From: an uncultured Actinomycetes bacterium | Lineage (GTDB): Bacteria > Actinomycetota > Thermoleophilia > Gaiellales > JAICJC01 | Reading direction: 5' to 3' | DNA length: 64,000 bases | Assembly: GCA_963701125.1 (NCBI GenBank) | Contig: OY969568.1 | Location: 2,071,510-2,135,509, forward strand | Shown: positions 59,203 to 64,000 of the stretch, piece by piece | How positions within the stretch are numbered: position 1 is the stretch's first letter | Layout: every line of letters begins with the position of its first letter | Notes under the pieces: model-generated | What the model saw: the letters and a program-made list of their open reading frames with translations, nothing else | The model's database searches: none | What the model was told of the DNA's origin: nothing | Program-made: the position numbers and the translations under genes

Positions 59203-59279
59203 CCGTTTCTTGTTCAGGTGCGGCCATTTTGCAGTATGTCGCACACGCTCGGGGCACCTTAGTGCAGCAGGTGGGACGC

Positions 59280-59320
59280 TCCCCAAAAAGGGGGATGCGT
59301 TATCGGCACGAATGCCGATA
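59280..59320. promoter_or_regulatory. Palindromes upstream of secreted Ig-repeat gene
   Basis: TCCCCAAAAAGGGGGA (59280-59295); TATCGGCA-CGAA-TGCCGATA (59301-59320). Confidence 0.45.
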
Positions 59321-59355
59321 CAGTGCTGCAGCTATGAGGAGGGGGTCAGCAGTAC

Positions 59356-61788
59356 ATGCGGTGGGGAGAACCTAAAAAGGCGCCCCCGTTGACGCGGAGT
59401 CGGGGCATGATTGCGGCGAGTTCGCTCGTCGTCGCGGTACTGGCGGCATACGCCGGTCTCGCCATGCTGTCCGTGTCCGCCGTCACGCCTCTCGGCCCCT
59501 TCGTGCGCCTCCCCGGCGTCTCGCAGATCGTCTCGGGCATCGGCTGGAGCAAGCCGGATCTCGCCAAGGTGATCAAGGTGAAGGACCCGACCACCGGCCT
59601 GTCGACGCTCCCGGTCGCCGGCGGCCAGTTTGTCGACTTCACCAAGACCCATGGCGCTCCGGTGAGCGTGACGATCACGAACAGCTCGTCGACGCCGCTC
59701 ACGCTCGTCGTCTCGGTTCCGGACAACCAGAATCTGACGGCGCGCTTCAGCAACGGCCTTTCCAAAGCGACACTCGGCGCGCATCAGCCCGCCATGGTGA
59801 CCGTGTCGAACAACAATCCGCTCGCTGCCGGCCCGATCACGGGCCAGCTGACGTTCACCGCATCGGGCCTCACGTCCTTCAGTGTTCCGATCATCGGGGC
59901 GCAAGCGCCGATGCCTCCGGGCGCCGTCACCGCCACTCCGGTCGCCGGAGGGGCGGTCGATCTGTCCTGGGCCCCGTCGACGTCGACCTCGGGCGTGCTC
60001 GGGTACATCGTCGAGCGCAGCACCGACGGGACGACGTGGTCGCAGGTGGGCGACCTCACTACGGGAACCACCTTGGTCGACCAGACGCCGAGCGACAACA
60101 CGTACACCTACGAGGTCAAGACGGTTGCCGTCGGCTCGCCCGGGCTCGTGAGCGCTCCCGGCCCGACGGCCACGGCGACGTCCGACGCCACCGCGCCCGA
60201 TCCGCCGTCCATGGTGACAGCCCCGGCGATCACTGCGAAGAACGTGGCCAACCTGTCGGTCACCGTTGCGCTGGATCCGACCACCTCACCCTCTGACACG
60301 ATCACGGTCACCCTGACCGGACCGAGCGGACGCACGGCGACCGGGACGGCGCCCGGCGGCTCGCCCACAGTGGTCGTGCCGGTGCAAAATGCGTCCGCCC
60401 TCTCCGAGAGCGCGGACGATCAGATCCCGACGATCGCCGTCTCGGCGACCGCCACGGACAGCCTCGGGAACGTCAGCAAGCCGGTGTCGGGCGCGCCGGT
60501 GGTCAAGGACACGATTGCCCCGGGCGCGCCGTCGTTGCTCTCCCTGCCGGAAATCACGCAGCAGAACGACAGGGCGTACCCAGTGGCCTTCGAGCCTTCG
60601 GCGCCCAGCGACCCGACCTACGACACGATCCATGTGTCGGCGCAGGCGGTGGACGCGGACGGCCAGCCGATCGGCCAGCCAGTCCAGCAGTTCGGCTCTG
60701 TGGGCGACGGTCCCGTGCCGATTGACCTCTCCGGGCTCCCGGACGGGAATGTGCAGGTGACGGCGTGGATCACCGACCAGGTGGGCAACAAGTCGACAAT
60801 CACTCTGCCCACGACCGTCGCCAAAGATACCGGTTCGCCCGCACCGACCGAGTTCGAAGTCGCGCCCGGCCCGAGCAATCCCGCGGGCGTCGTCACGCCG
60901 CAGTCTGCGCACAGCGTCTACATCACCGCGACGTTCGCCCAGGCGCCGACGGCTGACGACGAGATCAAGGTGTTCGCGAATCAGCACACGCTCGTCGACC
61001 AGCCCGGAGACGGCCAAACGACAGACTTCACGTTCGGCCCCTTCGACTTCTCGGATGTCGGTCCCGGTCAGCACAAGCTCGGGATGATGCAGATCGACGG
61101 TCTTGGCAACAAGACGTGGTTCCAGACACAGTTCACCGTCGACACCGGCGCCACCGGGCCAACCAGCGTCGGCGTCCCGGCAGGCCCGAACAACCCCGCC
61201 GGCTACGTGAACGCGGCGACGCAGACCGCCGCGACCATCGTGGCGAGCTTCGCGGGCCCGACCGACCCGGCCGACACGATCGCGCTCTCGGTCGACGGCC
61301 TCACGCTCGCCACCGAGTCGGGCGGAAGCGACCAGAACAGCTGGACGGCCGACCTCTCGAGCCTCCCCGACGGCACGCTGCAGATCCTGGGCACGCTCAC
61401 CGACCCGAACGGCGTCTCCACCACCTTCACCGGCACGCTGATCAAGGACACGCAGGCGCCGCCGGCGCCGGCCGCTGCCAACGTGATCAGCACGCCGCCC
61501 GACACGATCGACAACAGCAACGTCTCGTGCGTGAACGTCGGGGTCGAGTTCAACCAGGCTCCCGACCCGTCCGACACGGTCACGGTCACGCTCTCGGACG
61601 GCACGACGAGCGTCCAGGGATCCGCCCAGGCCGGCAACGGTCAGGTGACGGTGCCGTGTATGGACGCCAGCTCGCTGGCGGACGGGCCGATCTCGATGAG
61701 CGTCACGGTCACCGATGTGGCCGGCAACAGCGTCACCGTGGCGGGCACCCCCGCCACCAAGCTGAGCTGCCAGAACCAGGGCGGGTAG
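59356..61788 (+). CDS. Secreted/membrane-anchored Fn3 + Ig-like repeat protein
   Basis: Hydrophobic N-terminus; Fn3 pattern LSW..GY.VER..YTYEV; repeats L.DG..TD..GN and GP.NPAG. Confidence 0.8.
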   Translation: MRWGEPKKAPPLTRSRGMIAASSLVVAVLAAYAGLAMLSVSAVTPLGPFVRLPGVSQIVSGIGWSKPDLAKVIKVKDPTTGLSTLPVAGGQFVDFTKTHGAPVSVTITNSSSTPLTLVVSVPDNQNLTARFSNGLSKATLGAHQPAMVTVSNNNPLAAGPITGQLTFTASGLTSFSVPIIGAQAPMPPGAVTATPVAGGAVDLSWAPSTSTSGVLGYIVERSTDGTTWSQVGDLTTGTTLVDQTPSDNTYTYEVKTVAVGSPGLVSAPGPTATATSDATAPDPPSMVTAPAITAKNVANLSVTVALDPTTSPSDTITVTLTGPSGRTATGTAPGGSPTVVVPVQNASALSESADDQIPTIAVSATATDSLGNVSKPVSGAPVVKDTIAPGAPSLLSLPEITQQNDRAYPVAFEPSAPSDPTYDTIHVSAQAVDADGQPIGQPVQQFGSVGDGPVPIDLSGLPDGNVQVTAWITDQVGNKSTITLPTTVAKDTGSPAPTEFEVAPGPSNPAGVVTPQSAHSVYITATFAQAPTADDEIKVFANQHTLVDQPGDGQTTDFTFGPFDFSDVGPGQHKLGMMQIDGLGNKTWFQTQFTVDTGATGPTSVGVPAGPNNPAGYVNAATQTAATIVASFAGPTDPADTIALSVDGLTLATESGGSDQNSWTADLSSLPDGTLQILGTLTDPNGVSTTFTGTLIKDTQAPPAPAAANVISTPPDTIDNSNVSCVNVGVEFNQAPDPSDTVTVTLSDGTTSVQGSAQAGNGQVTVPCMDASSLADGPISMSVTVTDVAGNSVTVAGTPATKLSCQNQGG

Positions 61789-61904
61789 GCCGCTTCGGCT
61801 CACCGCGCCCCGCTCGGGTACGGCGAGCCGCGCTCGCGGTCAAGCCCCCTGTTTGGGTGACATCTTTGTGGACCGTTCCGGATGATCGTGAGTAGTACGC
61901 CGCT

Positions 61905-64000
61905 GTGCGCACATACTCGTCCCGTACTGCAAGGAGCATCACGATCGTTCCGTTTCGCCGAATCCCGCGTCCCGTCGTCATCGTCTCCGCCGTCCTGGCA
62001 CTGCTCGTCTTCGTCGCGCCGACCTACGCGGCGCTCGCCGCTCCGGCTCTGACCGGCCCTGCACAGAACGCTACGGCGAACGGCCTGCCCGAGTTCACGT
62101 GGTCGGCGGTGTCTGGCGCGGACCACTACGCCTTCCAGCTCGGCGGCTCGACCGGCTTCAACCCGTCGCAGTACTCGACGAGCACGCGGAACACCCGTCT
62201 GGCGCTGCCCACGCGGATCGTGAACGGCACCTACACGTGGCGCGTGGCCGCGGTGACCGCGGCCGGCATCCAGGGGGCGTGGTCGGCGACGCGCACCTTC
62301 ACCGAGAACTGGACGGACACTGCGAACCCCCAGTCGCCCGCCGACGGCACGACGCTCACGTACCCGCAGCCGCTGCTGCTCGATTGGACGCCGGTCACCG
62401 GAGCGCAGGAGTACCAGCTCTCGGTGTCCAACGGCGATCCGGGCCAGAACGCGACCAACATCCTCACGGGCTACCCGATCACGACGGCAGCGAGCGCCTA
62501 CTCGATCCCCACACGGCTCCCCGACGGCGAGTACTGGTGGCAGGTGACCCCGATCGACGCCGAGGGCGATACCGGCACGCCGTCGGCCTGGTTCTCGTTC
62601 ACCTGGTCGTGGCCGAACACAACGACGCTCACCCTGAACGACCTCGATCCGAGCTCGCAGGTGTTCGACCCGCAGTTCTCGTGGACGCCGATCGCCGGCG
62701 CGGCCTACTACAAGGTCGAGGTGAGCACCGATCCCAACTTCCCCAGCGGCTCGAACGTGTGCTGCGCGGGCTACACCGTGGCGACCTCGCTGGCGCCGAC
62801 GACGCTCCTGCCTGCCGCCCAGAACTACTACTGGCGTGTGACTCCGTACGACTCCTCGCTCAAGGCGGGTGAGCCGACGGTCTACGAGGACAACGGCGGC
62901 AGCCCCAAGACGTTCACGACGACCTACGACGCGGGCCTCAGCGCGGTCACCAACCTGAGCATGCGCGACGACCAGGACAACCCGATCACCTGGACACCGA
63001 GCGGCGTCGACACTGACGACCCGATCGTGTCATGGGATCCCGTCCCCGGCGCGGCCTCGTATGAGGTCGAGGTGGCAGGGTTCAGCGGGTCGGCATGCGA
63101 CTGGAGCTCGAAGGTGTGGGACGTGACGACGGTGTCCACCAGCTGGACGCCGCTCGGCGCCAACCACGGCTCCGCGAACCCCTGGCCGAACCCGCAGTCG
63201 GTTTCGACCGACAGCAGCCCGCTCACCCCCGGCGCCTCCTACTGCGTTCGCGTCCGCGCGCAGCGCAACACGGACACGGCGAACCACGTCGTCTCGGGCA
63301 CACCGATCGATGTCGGTGACGACACGCATCCGTCGTTCAACTTCACCGGCTACCCGACGGGCGGCAGCTGCTCGTCCTGCACGACCGGATACCTCGGCGC
63401 CGCCGACTACGAGCTCCCGGAGACGGGTCAGGTCTCGAGCGGCATGCCGCTCTTCACCTGGGAGCCGATCGCCGGCGACCAGAGCTACTACGTGGTGATC
63501 GCGACCGACGCCTCGTTCCAGAACGTGATCGACTACGCCTTCACGCAGACGCCCGCGTACGCGCCGCGGACGGGCTCGGGCGTGACCGACTATCCCGACG
63601 GCACGTACTACTGGGCGGTGCTGCCGGCGACCGGCGCAGACGGCACCGGCGTGGTGGCGCGGCCCGACTTCGCCCCCGCCGAGACGTTCCAGAAGCAGTC
63701 GGCGGCGCCGACCCTGACCGCGCCCGCCGACAACGCGTCGATCTCGACGTGGCCGGTGTTCCAGTGGACGCCCGTCGACGGCGCGTTCTTCTACCACATC
63801 CAGGTGGCGACCGACGCGAACTTCTCGAACGTCGTCGACGACACGACGGTGGACGAGACGTCCTACACCGCAGCGTCCACATATCCGGCGGGGCAGAGGC
63901 TCTACTGGCGCGTGCAGGCCGAGGCCAAGGGGCCGTCGCAGCCGGTCGGTTTGGCGTGGTCGGCCGTCGGGCATTTCACGAAGACGCTGCCCGTGCCGAG
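61905..64000 (+). CDS. Large secreted Fn3-like repeat protein, partial
   Basis: Absent from ORF track (no stop in window); same frame at both ends; signal peptide then repeated P.F.W.PV.GA..Y..YYW.V modules. Confidence 0.8.
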   Translation, partial: MRTYSSRTARSITIVPFRRIPRPVVIVSAVLALLVFVAPTYAALAAPALTGPAQNATANGLPEFTWSAVSGADHYAFQLGGSTGFNPSQYSTSTRNTRLALPTRIVNGTYTWRVAAVTAAGIQGAWSATRTFTENWTDTANPQSPADGTTLTYPQPLLLDWTPVTGAQEYQLSVSNGDPGQNATNILTGYPITTAASAYSIPTRLPDGEYWWQVTPIDAEGDTGTPSAWFSFTWSWPNTTTLTLNDLDPSSQVFDPQFSWTPIAGAAYYKVEVSTDPNFPSGSNVCCAGYTVATSLAPTTLLPAAQNYYWRVTPYDSSLKAGEPTVYEDNGGSPKTFTTTYDAGLSAVTNLSMRDDQDNPITWTPSGVDTDDPIVSWDPVPGAASYEVEVAGFSGSACDWSSKVWDVTTVSTSWTPLGANHGSANPWPNPQSVSTDSSPLTPGASYCVRVRAQRNTDTANHVVSGTPIDVGDDTHPSFNFTGYPTGGSCSSCTTGYLGAADYELPETGQVSSGMPLFTWEPIAGDQSYYVVIATDASFQNVIDYAFTQTPAYAPRTGSGVTDYPDGTYYWAVLPATGADGTGVVARPDFAPAETFQKQSAAPTLTAPADNASISTWPVFQWTPVDGAFFYHIQVATDANFSNVVDDTTVDETSYTAASTYPAGQRLYWRVQAEAKGPSQPVGLAWSAVGHFTKTLPVP

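Noticed and set aside
1-64000. Mobile elements, prophage, defence systems, tRNA/rRNA
   Set aside because: No integrase, transposase, phage, nuclease or structural RNA signature seen; intergenic gaps are short

Overview
Very GC-rich bacterial DNA with actinobacterial-type genes (Thermoleophilia/Gaiella-like is my inference), densely coding, with no rRNA, tRNA, CRISPR array or transposase that I can see. From start to end: (1) a phosphonate operon, phnDCE-GntR-phnW-phnA-phnY-tmpA-tmpB plus an AspT/YbjL exchanger, with two matching GntR operators and a degenerate HAD domain fused to PhnW; (2) a three-gene secreted cluster resembling a TasA-like donor-strand fibre (acidic shaft subunit, five-repeat tip protein with the same N-terminal strand, basic strand-less paralogue), which is my best candidate for an undescribed system; (3) a hypoxia-type island at about 14.5-42 kb with cydABDC, three USPs, a GNAT/acyl-CoA ligase fusion, a rubrerythrin-like protein, two DosS-like GAF-GAF kinases, an NreC-like regulator and arcDABC; (4) inside it, next to a probable adhP remnant, a TCS + two small membrane proteins + ApbE + ferric-reductase-like membrane protein + ferredoxin reductase + ferredoxin cluster lacking any FMN-binding domain; (5) an acetate module (LytS/LytTR, DUF485-ActP-like, satP, acs) with LytTR-type boxes; (6) an IclR-controlled peptide-type ABC transporter + esterase + choline-sulfatase operon; (7) two large secreted Fn3/Ig-repeat proteins, the last running off the window. 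Two blocks (about 34.7-36.9 kb and 51.5-59.0 kb) carry many frameshifts, most likely sequencing error. All calls come from motif recognition by eye; no searches were run.
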